NCBI GenBank assembly: GCA_031549665.1
Contig: JAVBPJ010000010.1
Coordinates: forward strand, 5,671-69,670
Direction of reading: 5' to 3'
Source of the DNA: Rikenellaceae bacterium
GTDB taxonomy: Bacteria; Bacteroidota; Bacteroidia; Bacteroidales; Rikenellaceae
Length of the DNA: 64,000 nucleotides
A program made the translations under genes and the position numbers. The notes beneath the pieces are model-generated. The model ran no database searches, was not told the DNA's origin, and was given only the letters and a program-made list of their open reading frames with translations. Positions 29,428 to 39,149 of this stretch are shown piece by piece. The first letter of the stretch is position 1. Each line of letters opens with the position of its first letter.

Positions 29428-30789
29428 CTATTTTTCGCTCGCTGCTTCGGCGGATTGGGCCGACCGGTCGGCTGGCAGAAGGGCTGCGAAATCGGCCCCC
29501 GACGGGTTTTGGAACAGCCGGATGCCGAACAGAGGCGCGGTGGCCACCACAAATTCGACCACCGAGCGGTGTACGACGTCGAACTCCGGCGCCGCTTTCT
29601 CGCGCGAGAAAGCGTACAGCTCCAGCCCGATCCCCTTTTCGGTGATGTCGGCCATGTAGCGTACAAAGATGGGCAGCTTGGCGTTTACCTGCGGATGGCG
29701 CTTGAGGAAAAGCTCCAGGTGGGCGCGGAACAGGGCCAGGTTAGTCAGCGCCTCGGGGCTGCTCTTGCGCGCCAGGGCTTCGGTTTCGCCGATCGATTCC
29801 TTGGTAACGGCGTGCTTGCCCAGGCGTTTGAGCAACGCCTCGGAGGCGAACACCACCGAGGTGTTATCGACAAAGAAACGGCGCACGAAACGGCGTCCGT
29901 CGCTGCGCTCCATCCCCCGCCAGTTGATGAACGATTCCGACACCATCGAGTAGATCGGCACCATGGTTACGGTGTTGTCCCAGTTTTGGACCTTGACACT
30001 GTTGATGTTGATGTCGAGTACGGTGCCGTCGGCCCCTTTGCTGGGCATCTCGATCCAGTCGCCGGGCCGCACCATGTCCTGCGCCGAGAGTTGGATCGAG
30101 GCGACAAAGCCCAGAATGGTGTCCTTGAACACCAGCGAAAGCACGGCCGCCGCGGCTCCCAAGCCCACAAAGAGCGACGTGGGGTCTTTGCGCAGCAGCG
30201 TGGCCGCGATCAGGATAAAGGCCAGCAGGCCCAGGATGATCTTGGTCAACTGAAGGTAGCCCTTGATGGATTTGCGCCGTCCGCCCGTCTTTTTGAGTTG
30301 TTGCAGGTAGCGGTCGTTCATTGCGTCGAGTACCGAATAGAAGAGCCGCAACACCATGTAGATGATCACCGATTTGGTGATGAGCTGTGCGGCGACGATC
30401 AGCTTCGGCGTGAACCCCGCGAACAGCAGGTCGATGCCGATGATGATCACGACTACCGGCAGCAGATCGAACAGCCGGTTGAAAAATTTGCGGTTCAGCA
30501 GGATGTCGTCCAGGTTGGTTTTCGAGTACTGCACCTGCCGGTTGAGGATCGGCAGCATCACCCGCGAAAGGAAAAAGTCCAGCAGCCACACGCAGGCGAC
30601 CAGGGTTGCGCACAGCAGCAGAAAAGTGATCAGATTGCTGGCGGAGTCGCTCAGGCCCAATTCGCGCATCCATTGCCAAAAGTCCTCGACGATCCAAAAT
30701 TTTTCGCCCGAGGTGGCGATGGTGGGCAGTCCCGGCCTGGCGATGGCGAGCTTCTCCGATTCCGGCAGGACAAGGTGTAAGGAATCCAT
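29428..30789 (-). CDS. MscS-family mechanosensitive channel (YbdG/MscM-like)
   Basis: [36 protein letters not shown]. Confidence 0.9.
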   Translation of the reverse strand: MDSLHLVLPESEKLAIARPGLPTIATSGEKFWIVEDFWQWMRELGLSDSASNLITFLLLCATLVACVWLLDFFLSRVMLPILNRQVQYSKTNLDDILLNRKFFNRLFDLLPVVVIIIGIDLLFAGFTPKLIVAAQLITKSVIIYMVLRLFYSVLDAMNDRYLQQLKKTGGRRKSIKGYLQLTKIILGLLAFILIAATLLRKDPTSLFVGLGAAAAVLSLVFKDTILGFVASIQLSAQDMVRPGDWIEMPSKGADGTVLDININSVKVQNWDNTVTMVPIYSMVSESFINWRGMERSDGRRFVRRFFVDNTSVVFASEALLKRLGKHAVTKESIGETEALARKSSPEALTNLALFRAHLELFLKRHPQVNAKLPIFVRYMADITEKGIGLELYAFSREKAAPEFDVVHRSVVEFVVATAPLFGIRLFQNPSGADFAALLPADRSAQSAEAASEK

Positions 30790-30831
30790 AGTGTTGTTTG
30801 GTTTTAGCGGGTTGGCGGTGAAAATTTCACA

Positions 30832-30855
30832 TTGACAGAAAAAGCGTTATCTTTG
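30832..30855 (+). promoter_or_regulatory. Promoter of secDF
   Basis: TATCTTTG (-7 element) at 30848-30855 with TTG upstream. Confidence 0.65.
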
Positions 30856-30910
30856 CCCCCTGTCAATTGCCAAGTAAACCCGAAGACAAAAATAAAACTT
30901 TTACATCAAC

Positions 30911-33877
30911 ATGCAGAATAAAGGCGCCCTGAAATTACTGGTCATTATGTTGGCCGTCGCTTGTGCGTTCCAGCTCTCGTTCACTTTTGTGAGCCAAAAC
31001 GTACAGAATAAAGCGGCGAAAATTGCCGCCGGCGATGCCGCCCGGGAACAAAATTACCTCGATTCGATGAAATCCGAGGTGGTCTACAACCTGGGCCTCG
31101 TAAAATACACCTACGCCGAATGCCAGGAGAAAGAGATCAACCTGGGTCTCGACCTGCGCGGAGGGATGAACATCACCCTCGAAATTGCCGTTGAGGACGT
31201 GCTGCGTGCGCTCTCCGGATACAGCGCCGACCCCGAATTCAACCAGGCGATGGCCGCAGCTAAAAAAGCCCAGGCCAACAGTACGTCGGACTTCATCACC
31301 CTGTTTGCTGAATCTTACGCCCAAATCGCTCCGCAGGGCAAACTCTCGGCCGTGTTCGGAACCTACGACATGCGCGAGCAGATCAAACCCGAATCGACCA
31401 ACGAACAGGTGATCCGCGTGTTGCGCCAAAAATCGGAAGACGCCATCTCCAACTCGTTCAAGGTGCTGAGCAGCCGGATCGACCGCTTCGGCGTGGTACA
31501 GCCCAACATCCAGCGGCTTGGCAATACCGGCCGCATCCTGGTGGAACTCCCCGGGGTGAAAGACCCCGAGCGGGTGCGTAAGCTCCTCCAGGGAACCGCC
31601 AACCTCGAATTCTGGACCACCTTTACGGCCCAAAACATCTACCCGATGCTGGCCCAAGCCGATGCGTTGACCGCCGGCATGGCTGAAACCGCCAAAGACA
31701 GCACCGCCGTTGCCGCCGACTCCATCGCCGCCGACAGCACCCAGGCCCTGGCCGCCCTGATCGAACAGGCCCAGGCCGCCCTCGACAAAGGCGAAACCCC
31801 CGCACAGCCCACCGGCCGCGGACTCTTCGCCGTGTTGCAGCCCAGCCAGTACGACAGCCCCGTGATCGGGATGGCCCACTCGTACGATACCGCCCGCGTG
31901 AACAGCTACCTGCAAATGCCGCAGGTGAAAGCCCTCTTCCCCCGCGACGTCCGGTTCATGTGGTCCATCAAAGGAATCAAAGATACGCCGAACGTATACG
32001 AACTGTATGCCATTAAAGGCACCAGCGACGGCCGTCCGGCCCTCGACGGAAGCGTTATCACCAACGCCCGCGGCGAACACGCCCAAACCGGATCGGCAGC
32101 CGAGGTTTCGATGTCGATGAACGCCGCAGGGGCAAAAACCTGGGCGCGCCTTACCGGAGAAAACGTGGGAGGCTTTGTCGCCGTTACCCTCGACGACTAC
32201 GTATACTCCTGCCCCCGCGTGAATACCGAAATCACCGGCGGGAACTCGCAAATTACGGGCGATTTTACCATTTCGGAAGCCAAAGACTTGGCCAACGTGC
32301 TACAGTCGGGTAAACTGCCCGCTCCCGCACGCATCGCCCAGGAATCGGTTGTAGGGCCGAGCCTCGGACAAGAGTCCATCAATTCGGGGGTTACCTCGTT
32401 TGTGATCGCCTTCGCGCTGGTACTCCTGTACATGATTTTCTTCTACTACACCGCCGGCTTTGTGGCCAACGTCGCACTGCTTGCCAACCTCTTCTTCCTG
32501 TTCGGGGTGCTGGTTTCGTTCGGAGCCGTGCTGACCCTGCCCGGGATCGCCGGTATCGTGCTGACGATGGGGATGGCCGTCGACGCCAACGTGATCATCT
32601 ACGAACGGGTCAAGGAGGAGGTACACTCCGGAAAGGGCCTCGGACTCTCCATCGCCGACGGGTTTAAGAACGCCTACTCGGCCATTATCGACGGAAACGC
32701 CACCACCCTGATCACGGGGATCGTGCTGGCCACGCTCGGCACCGGCCCTGTAAAAGGCTTCGCCACCACCCTGATCATCGGGATCCTCACCTCGCTCTTC
32801 TGCTCGATCTTCATCACCCGCCTGATCTTCGTGGGGATGCTTGCCAAAGAACGTAAAATCCGCTTCTGGACCCGCTGGACCGAAAACTTCCTGGGAAATA
32901 CCCGTTTCAATTTTATCGGCGCACGGAAATACACCTACATCGCATCGGTCATCCTGCTCGTTGTGTCGGTGGTTTCGCTTGCTACCAAGGGATTGAGCTA
33001 CGGGGTGGACTTCTCGGGCGGACGTGCCTACGTGATCCGCTTCGACCAGCCCATCACCGCCAACGATGTGCGGGAAGGACTCACCGCCGTCTTCGACCAG
33101 GCGCCCGAAGTGAAACAGTACGGCACCAAGGAGCTGATGCAGATGCGCGTGGTTACCCAGTACAAGTACGACGACGAAGGCGACGGAGTAACCGACGAGA
33201 TCAACAAAATGATGTACCGCGCACTGTCGCCCCTGTACAAAACCGCGTTGACCGAAAAAGAGTTCGAGACCACCGAAACCAACCCCTTCGGCATTGTCAG
33301 TGCCGAGAAAGTGGGTCCCAGCATAGCCCACGACATCAAGGTCAATTCATTCATCGCCGTGATCTTCTCGCTGCTGGCCATCGGGATATACATCGCCGTC
33401 CGGTTCAAGAACTGGCAGTACGGGATGGGCGGCGTGGTTTCGCTGTTCCACGACGCGGTGCTGACCCTCGGACTCTTCTCGGTTCTGCACGGAGCGTTGC
33501 CCTTCAACCTGACAGTCGACCAGTCCTTCATCGCCGCCATCCTGACCATTATCGGTTACTCGATCAACGACACGGTGGTGATCTTCGACCGGATCCGCGA
33601 GAACCACTTCCTTTATCCGCGCCGTACCCACAAGGAGAACATGAACAACGCCATCAACAGCACCCTGGCCCGTACGGTGAACACCGCTGGTTCGACCCTG
33701 GTGGTTCTGTTGGCCATCTTCCTCTTCGGAGGCGAGGTGATCCGCGGCTTCGTGTTCGCCCTCTTCTTCGGGATTTTGATCGGTACCTTCTCGTCCGTCT
33801 TCGTGGCCACCCCGGTTGCTTTCGACATGATGGAACGTAAAGAGAAAAAAGCCGCCAAAGCCGGCGCCAAAGAGTAA
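30911..33877 (+). CDS. secDF: Protein translocase subunit SecDF
   Basis: [52 protein letters not shown]. Confidence 0.96.
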   Translation: MQNKGALKLLVIMLAVACAFQLSFTFVSQNVQNKAAKIAAGDAAREQNYLDSMKSEVVYNLGLVKYTYAECQEKEINLGLDLRGGMNITLEIAVEDVLRALSGYSADPEFNQAMAAAKKAQANSTSDFITLFAESYAQIAPQGKLSAVFGTYDMREQIKPESTNEQVIRVLRQKSEDAISNSFKVLSSRIDRFGVVQPNIQRLGNTGRILVELPGVKDPERVRKLLQGTANLEFWTTFTAQNIYPMLAQADALTAGMAETAKDSTAVAADSIAADSTQALAALIEQAQAALDKGETPAQPTGRGLFAVLQPSQYDSPVIGMAHSYDTARVNSYLQMPQVKALFPRDVRFMWSIKGIKDTPNVYELYAIKGTSDGRPALDGSVITNARGEHAQTGSAAEVSMSMNAAGAKTWARLTGENVGGFVAVTLDDYVYSCPRVNTEITGGNSQITGDFTISEAKDLANVLQSGKLPAPARIAQESVVGPSLGQESINSGVTSFVIAFALVLLYMIFFYYTAGFVANVALLANLFFLFGVLVSFGAVLTLPGIAGIVLTMGMAVDANVIIYERVKEEVHSGKGLGLSIADGFKNAYSAIIDGNATTLITGIVLATLGTGPVKGFATTLIIGILTSLFCSIFITRLIFVGMLAKERKIRFWTRWTENFLGNTRFNFIGARKYTYIASVILLVVSVVSLATKGLSYGVDFSGGRAYVIRFDQPITANDVREGLTAVFDQAPEVKQYGTKELMQMRVVTQYKYDDEGDGVTDEINKMMYRALSPLYKTALTEKEFETTETNPFGIVSAEKVGPSIAHDIKVNSFIAVIFSLLAIGIYIAVRFKNWQYGMGGVVSLFHDAVLTLGLFSVLHGALPFNLTVDQSFIAAILTIIGYSINDTVVIFDRIRENHFLYPRRTHKENMNNAINSTLARTVNTAGSTLVVLLAIFLFGGEVIRGFVFALFFGILIGTFSSVFVATPVAFDMMERKEKKAAKAGAKE

Positions 33878-33906
33878 ACAGCACTCAGCCAATAAACAAC
33901 CCTCGA

Positions 33907-33932
33907 AAAGGCTCCTTGACAGGGAGCCTTTT
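33907..33932 (+). terminator. Intrinsic terminator after secDF
   Basis: AAAAGGCTCC-TTGACA-GGGAGCCTTTT. Confidence 0.7.
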
Positions 33933-33954
33933 CTGCCAAAAACCCCTCCCCCCG

Positions 33955-34611
33955 ATGATCCATTGCAGCGATATCCATAAGTCGCTCGGCGGCGTACAAA
34001 TCCTCCGAGGCGTGAACCTCGACGTGGCCCGGGGCGAGGTGATCTCGCTGGTAGGGCCGAGCGGCGCCGGAAAAACCACCCTGCTCCAGATTCTCGGCAC
34101 CCTTTCGCCGGCCGATCGCGGCGAATTGCGCATCGCGGGGGTCGACCCCCGCCGCATGAAACCGGCCGACTTGTTGCGGCTGCGGAACCGGCAGATCGGA
34201 TTCGTGTTCCAGTTCCACCACCTGCTACCCGAACTTACGGCGCTCGAAAACGTCTCGTTGCCCGCCTGGATCGAGGGAAATCGCCGTCGCGGCGAGGTGG
34301 AGCGGCAGGCCCGCGAACTGCTCGACGTCATGGGCGTGGCCCATCGTTTGGGACATAAACCCGCCCAACTTTCGGGCGGGGAGCAACAACGCGTCGCCGT
34401 GGCCCGCGCCCTGATCAACAACCCCTCGGTGATTCTGGCCGACGAACCCTCGGGCAACCTCGATACCCACAACCGCGAGGAGCTGCACCGGCTCTTTTTC
34501 ACCCTGCGCGACCGCTTCGGCCACACTTTCCTGATCGTTACCCACGACAACGACCTTGCCGCCATGTCCGACCGCCGGGTGGTGATGCGCGACGGGTTGA
34601 TCGAACCCTGA
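33955..34611 (+). CDS. lolD: LolD-like ABC ATP-binding protein
   Basis: [35 protein letters not shown]; start MIHCSDI at 33955. Confidence 0.85.
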   Translation: MIHCSDIHKSLGGVQILRGVNLDVARGEVISLVGPSGAGKTTLLQILGTLSPADRGELRIAGVDPRRMKPADLLRLRNRQIGFVFQFHHLLPELTALENVSLPAWIEGNRRRGEVERQARELLDVMGVAHRLGHKPAQLSGGEQQRVAVARALINNPSVILADEPSGNLDTHNREELHRLFFTLRDRFGHTFLIVTHDNDLAAMSDRRVVMRDGLIEP

Positions 34612-34616
34612 CGCCG

Positions 34617-36434
34617 ATGCCTTTCGAACTGCTTGCACCAGCCGGAAACGCCGCCATCGGACGCGCCGCGATCGATGCCGGAGCCGACGCCGTCTACATC
34701 GGCGGCCCCCAGTTTGGCGCGCGGGTTGCCGCCGGCAATTCGATGGAGGAGGTCGCCTCGCTGGCCGCCTACGCCCACGGCTTCAATGCCCGGGTCTACC
34801 TGACGGTCAACACACTGCTTTTCGACCACGAACTCTCCGCCGCCGAGCGGCTCGCCCGCCGGGCATACGAAGCGGGAGTCGACGCCCTGATCGTGCAGGA
34901 CATGGCCTTTACGCAGATGAACCTGCCTCCCATTGCGCTGCATGCCTCGACCCAAACTTTCAATCTGCTCCCCGAACGGGTGGCCGAACTCGAAGCCGCC
35001 GGATTCAAGCGCGTTGTGCTGGAGCGGGGAGCCAGCCTCGACCAGATACGGGCCATCCGCCGCGCCGCGCCCGGCATCGAGCTGGAGGCGTTTGTCCACG
35101 GAGCCATCTGTGTGTCGTACAGCGGCCAGTGCTACCTGGGGCATTACCTTTGCCAGCGGGGCGGCAACCGCGGCGCCTGTGCGCAGGTGTGCCGCAATCG
35201 CTACAACCTGGTCGACCAACAGGGCAAAATCCTGCTCAAAAACAGGGCGTTGCTGTCGGTGCGCGACCTGAACCTTTCCGACCGCCTGGCCGATCTGGCC
35301 GGGGCGGGAGTTACCTCGTTCAAAATCGAGGGGCGGCTCAAGGAACAGGACTACGTGGTCAACAACACGGCCCACTACCACCGGAAAATGGAGACCCTGG
35401 GCTGGGAACGCCTCTCGGCGGGGCGCGTAACCACCTGCTTTGAACCTAATCCCGCCAAAAGTTTCTCGCGCGGGTTTACCCAATGGTTTTTGGATGGACA
35501 CACCCCCGAAAGCGCCGCCGTTTCGGCCCTGGAACCGACCGCGGCGGGCGAACCCCTCGGACGGATCACCCGCGTGGAGGGCGACCGGATTTGGCTCGAC
35601 CGCCCCGTTGGCCGATTGCACACGGGCGACGGACTTTGTTTTCAAACTCCGCACGGATCGTGGGACGGAACCAACATCAACGGCGTGGAAGCGGATTGGA
35701 TTCGAGTGAACGATCCGGCGGGACTTGTCGTGGGAATTCCCCTTTTCCGGAACTCCGACCGCAAATTCCGCCCCGAGTCGATCCGCAACATCGAGGTCGA
35801 CGTTTGTCTGTGCAGCACCCCCGGGGGATGGCTGCTCCGCGCAACGGCCAACGCGCCGCAGGGGCAGGCCGAATGGCCCCTGGACGATCCCGCCCAGCCG
35901 GCTCGAAATCCCGAAACCGCCCGCCAAACGGCCCTGGAGGCGCTCTCCAAAGGCGGCGGTATGCCGTTCCATATCCGGCAAGTGGCATTGGCGGGGGCCG
36001 AAGAGTGGCCCTTTTTGCCGCCGGCCCGCTGGAACGCCGCGCGGCGCGGCCTGCTCGAACGGCTGTCCGAAACGCAGCGGGCGGCCTACCGCCGACCCGA
36101 TCCCTTTGCCGCCCCTTCCGCCACGGTTTCGGCGGCGGCGCATTCGTTGACCCACCGCGACAACGTCGCCAACTCGCTGGCCGGTCGCTATTACCTCGAC
36201 CGGGGATACCCTGCCGGACAGCGGGCTTTCGAGACGCTGACCCCGGCCGATACGGCGGGCCTTGAGCTGATGCGTTCGCCCTACTGCCTGCGCCGCGAAT
36301 TGGGCTGGTGCCTGCGCCATCCCTCGCCCGATGCGCCGACGGCAAAAAAACTCTATCTGGAAAACAACGGAACACGGCTCGAACTCCGCTTCGACTGCGA
36401 CCGGTGCGAAATGGCGGTCGTCGCCTGTAAATAG
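34617..36434 (+). CDS. U32-family protein (RlhA/TrhP-like RNA hydroxylation)
   Basis: ELLAPAG, GADAVYIG, HASTQ, FVHGAICVSYSGQC, NRGACAQVCR, KIEGRLK. Confidence 0.88.
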   Translation: MPFELLAPAGNAAIGRAAIDAGADAVYIGGPQFGARVAAGNSMEEVASLAAYAHGFNARVYLTVNTLLFDHELSAAERLARRAYEAGVDALIVQDMAFTQMNLPPIALHASTQTFNLLPERVAELEAAGFKRVVLERGASLDQIRAIRRAAPGIELEAFVHGAICVSYSGQCYLGHYLCQRGGNRGACAQVCRNRYNLVDQQGKILLKNRALLSVRDLNLSDRLADLAGAGVTSFKIEGRLKEQDYVVNNTAHYHRKMETLGWERLSAGRVTTCFEPNPAKSFSRGFTQWFLDGHTPESAAVSALEPTAAGEPLGRITRVEGDRIWLDRPVGRLHTGDGLCFQTPHGSWDGTNINGVEADWIRVNDPAGLVVGIPLFRNSDRKFRPESIRNIEVDVCLCSTPGGWLLRATANAPQGQAEWPLDDPAQPARNPETARQTALEALSKGGGMPFHIRQVALAGAEEWPFLPPARWNAARRGLLERLSETQRAAYRRPDPFAAPSATVSAAAHSLTHRDNVANSLAGRYYLDRGYPAGQRAFETLTPADTAGLELMRSPYCLRRELGWCLRHPSPDAPTAKKLYLENNGTRLELRFDCDRCEMAVVACK

Positions 36435-36443
36435 CCTTGTTGT

Positions 36444-37337
36444 ATGGAAATGAAAATCCTCACTCCCGCCTGCTGGAAAGACTACGAACTGATCGACTCG
36501 GGCGATGGCCGCAAGCTGGAACGCTTTGGCGGCTACGTGATCGCCCGCCCCGAACCGCAGGCCCTGTGGAACGCCTCGCTCCCTCCGGCCGAATGGGAAC
36601 GCCGTGCCGACGCCCTCTTCACGGCCCGACAACCCGGCGAAGAACGAGGCGAATGGCGCTTGAAACCGCACATGCCCGAACAGTGGGTCGTCGGGTACGA
36701 CTACGGGCAGATGAACCTGCGCCTGCGCCTCGGACTCACCTCGTTCAAACACGTGGGACTCTTCCCCGAACAGGCCGATAACTGGAACTTCATCTACGAT
36801 CGCTGTTCCGCTCTGGCGAAACGCCTGTCGATTCCGCCCCGGGTGCTGAACCTGTTTGCCTACACGGGCGGGGCCTCGCTGGCCGCCGCCGCCGCCGGAG
36901 CCGACGTTACGCACGTCGATTCGGTGCGCCAAACGGTGAGCTGGTCGCGCGAAAATAGGGAACTGTCCGCGCTTCCCGAAATTCGATGGGTGGTCGAGGA
37001 TGCCATGAAATTCACCCGCCGAGAGGTCAAACGGGGGAAACGCTACGAGGGCATCGTACTCGATCCGCCATCGTACGGCCGTGGCCCCGAAGGCGAAAAA
37101 TGGATCCTCGAAGAACACTTGCACGAACTGCTCGCCCATTGCGCCGAACTGCTCGCCGACGACGGATTCCTGGTGCTGAACCTCTATTCGATGGGCCTCT
37201 CGGCCCTGCTGGCCGATACGCTGGTCCGGTCGCTCTTCAAAAACGCGGAACCCGAAATAGGAGAACTCTGCATCCCCGACTCTTTCGGAAAACGCCTCCC
37301 GCTCGGCGTCTTTGTGCGCTTCCCCGCCAAGGACTGA
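36444..37337 (+). CDS. Class I SAM-dependent methyltransferase (RlmI-like)
   Basis: KLERFG, FKHVGLFPEQ, LNLFAYTGG, LDPPSYG. Confidence 0.85.
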   Translation: MEMKILTPACWKDYELIDSGDGRKLERFGGYVIARPEPQALWNASLPPAEWERRADALFTARQPGEERGEWRLKPHMPEQWVVGYDYGQMNLRLRLGLTSFKHVGLFPEQADNWNFIYDRCSALAKRLSIPPRVLNLFAYTGGASLAAAAAGADVTHVDSVRQTVSWSRENRELSALPEIRWVVEDAMKFTRREVKRGKRYEGIVLDPPSYGRGPEGEKWILEEHLHELLAHCAELLADDGFLVLNLYSMGLSALLADTLVRSLFKNAEPEIGELCIPDSFGKRLPLGVFVRFPAKD

Positions 37338-37387
37338 TCCCCCCATTTGTGCAGCTTTTTCTCTAACTGTTCTCGGGGACTCTTCGA

Positions 37388-38697
37388 GTCTTTTACTTGG
37401 AGTTTGTGCCAACTGCGCTCGGGCCGCGCCGGCCCCGCGTGCCCGCGGCGGGCTTTTTTTTGTGTGTACGGTTGGTTTTGCCGGGTTGTTTGTTGGTTAT
37501 CGGCTGCGTTGGGAACTACTGCGTAGTTTTGGGTACGAACGGGACGGCCCTCGCCCGAAAGTAAACTTTCGCTCGGCCATCCCATTCTTCCCCAAAGCCT
37601 TCGGCTCTTTCCAACACATCCGAGAACGTATCTGCCGCAACTAAATTCGACACTGAGTACGGTTACGCCGTAATCAATACAAAGTCGTACGCCGCTGTTA
37701 CCTCCCCCCTGTTTTTGATCAGCGTTGACCTCCACACTGGAGTTGTAAAGGGAACCGTTCCGCTCGGAAATTTTGGAGCGATGACGGAGAGATTTTTCAG
37801 TGCGAGAGTTGCGGAACATCGGTAGATTTTCCGTGAGGGAGGCTTCCGAGCGAAAACTTGTTTTCAAGGGAACGTCCCGGTCTCAATTTCAGGTTGGCCG
37901 ATCTTTTTTACGAGACTACGTTTTCATTTTTTCAGGTCGAAGCTCGCGGGGGAATGCTCTTTCGAGCAGGCCTCCGCAGGGCGGAGCTTCGGCCTGCCGG
38001 ATCGCTACGCGACCCGAAAACAACTCTCCTGCTATATTCGTCAGGTATTTTCACCAACCTGTTTTCCAGACCGATCCAGGAGAGCCGGTTCGAACCCCAT
38101 CGAGCCGTAGCAGCGATATTTGTTCACGCGGGAGTTGCGGAACACCGCAGGTTTTAGGAGGGGTGGAGCCGTCGAGCGAAAGCTTGCTTTCAGGCGAGTG
38201 CGGTTCGATCCTTACGGAGTTCCGACGGGAGGTTGGGTATTGCCGTAGTTGCAGCGAAGAGGGCTGGGCTGTTCAACCTGGGAGTACGACAAGTAGTCTG
38301 GGTTGTTGATGTAGTTACATCGGCGATATTTGTTCCGCGCAGGAGTTGCGGAACACCGCAGGTGTTCGGAGGGGGCGGAATCGCCGAGCGAAAGTTTACT
38401 TTCAAGCAAGCGCGATTCAGCCCCCGCCGAAAGGTACGCAAGTACCGAGCAACTCCGACAACCGAAAAAAACCGCACGAACACAAAACAGCCCGCCGCGG
38501 GCACGCGGGGCCGGCGCGGCCCGAGCGCAGTCGGTACAAACTCCAATAAAAAGACCTGGGGGGGCCCCGCTGCGGGCACGCGGGGCCAGTCCGGCCTGAG
38601 GACAGTTGGAGACAGGTTAGAGCAAACTCCAATAAAAGACTCGTAGAGCAAGCACAGGAAAGCCTACTGTGAGCACATGGGGCCTGAGGACAGTTGG
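37388..38697. repeat. Non-coding mosaic of inverted and direct repeats (REP/BIME- or MITE-like)
   Basis: Perfect 43-bp inverted repeat 37412-37454 / 38489-38531; perfect 21-bp inverted repeat 37557-37577 / 38383-38403; three direct copies of an internal unit. Confidence 0.85.
37941..37999. repeat. Dispersed palindromic element, copy 2
   Basis: 35/36 identity with 1465-1500. Confidence 0.85.
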
Positions 38698-38730
38698 TGC
38701 AATTATTAAGAGGGTGGGGTGGGGAAGAAT

Positions 38731-38906
38731 AAAAAAAAGGGGCTCATCGCCCCTTTTTGGCTTCCATCGCACAGATTCTTGTGTAAACCGCGAGGGATTT
38801 TAGTTGATCCTCTGCGCTAGATGAAGTTTGCTTTGATCATCCTTGCCCCGAATGAGAATCTCGATTTCATGGAAGGGATTCCAGATTCGGGAGTTGATGA
38901 TCTGCT
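38731..38906 (-). ncRNA. Candidate structured small RNA downstream of dnaA (unassigned)
   Basis: TACCTTTG -7 element on minus strand (38910-38917), nested stems, terminator GGGGC-N5-GCCCC plus T8 at 38731-38758. Confidence 0.5.
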
Positions 38907-39057
38907 TAACAAAGGTACAAATTTTGTGCCGATATATTCACGTGCATGATTTGCAGTGAAGATTTTTTTCGTGAGGGGTAGAAGTCTGTCGATTGGCGTG
39001 ATTTCGAGCGAAAGTCGATGGGGAAGAGCACTTTTTAAGGATTTTGTTCGCACGAAA

Positions 39058-39085
39058 CAGCCCACCTGCGGGTGCAGATGGGCTG
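39058..39085 (-). terminator. Probable dnaA terminator
   Basis: CAGCCCA-C-CTGC-GGGT-GCAG-A-TGGGCTG hairpin 65 nt after the dnaA stop. Confidence 0.55.
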
Positions 39086-39149
39086 CGGGGGAAGATTTTT
39101 GGAGGAGCGGGTTGGCGATCTCCGGAAAAGCGAGGCCTGCTGTTTGAGG

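Noticed and set aside
29394-29666. N-terminal extension of the fumarase ORF overlapping the MscS gene
   Set aside because: Recognisable fumarase sequence starts at MPEFTYQ (29393); the extension is an ORF-caller artefact, as for 3203-4054, 3933-5414 and 17175-18302.
33885-37412. 1175-aa minus-strand ORF and similar long antisense ORFs (44852-48289, 24911-27076, 40780-42741, 5224-7092)
   Set aside because: Shadow frames opposite well-supported genes; expected from GC-rich codon bias; no recognisable motifs.
38080-38215. tRNA T-loop-like strings GGTTCGAACCC and GGTTCGATCC
   Set aside because: No paired T-stem, acceptor stem, D-arm or anticodon arm can be built.
37806-38406. Repeats as a CRISPR array
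   Set aside because: Only three degenerate units, 211-326 bp apart, one inverted copy, and no cas genes in the window.
37184-38651. ORFs across the repeat mosaic (37184-37867, 37800-38309, 38190-38651)
   Set aside because: Overlapping on both strands, built from the repeats, with no transposase or other motifs.
38931-38946. TATTCACGTGCATG as a parS site
   Set aside because: Only the CACGTG core matches; flanks do not fit TGTTTCACGTGAAACA.
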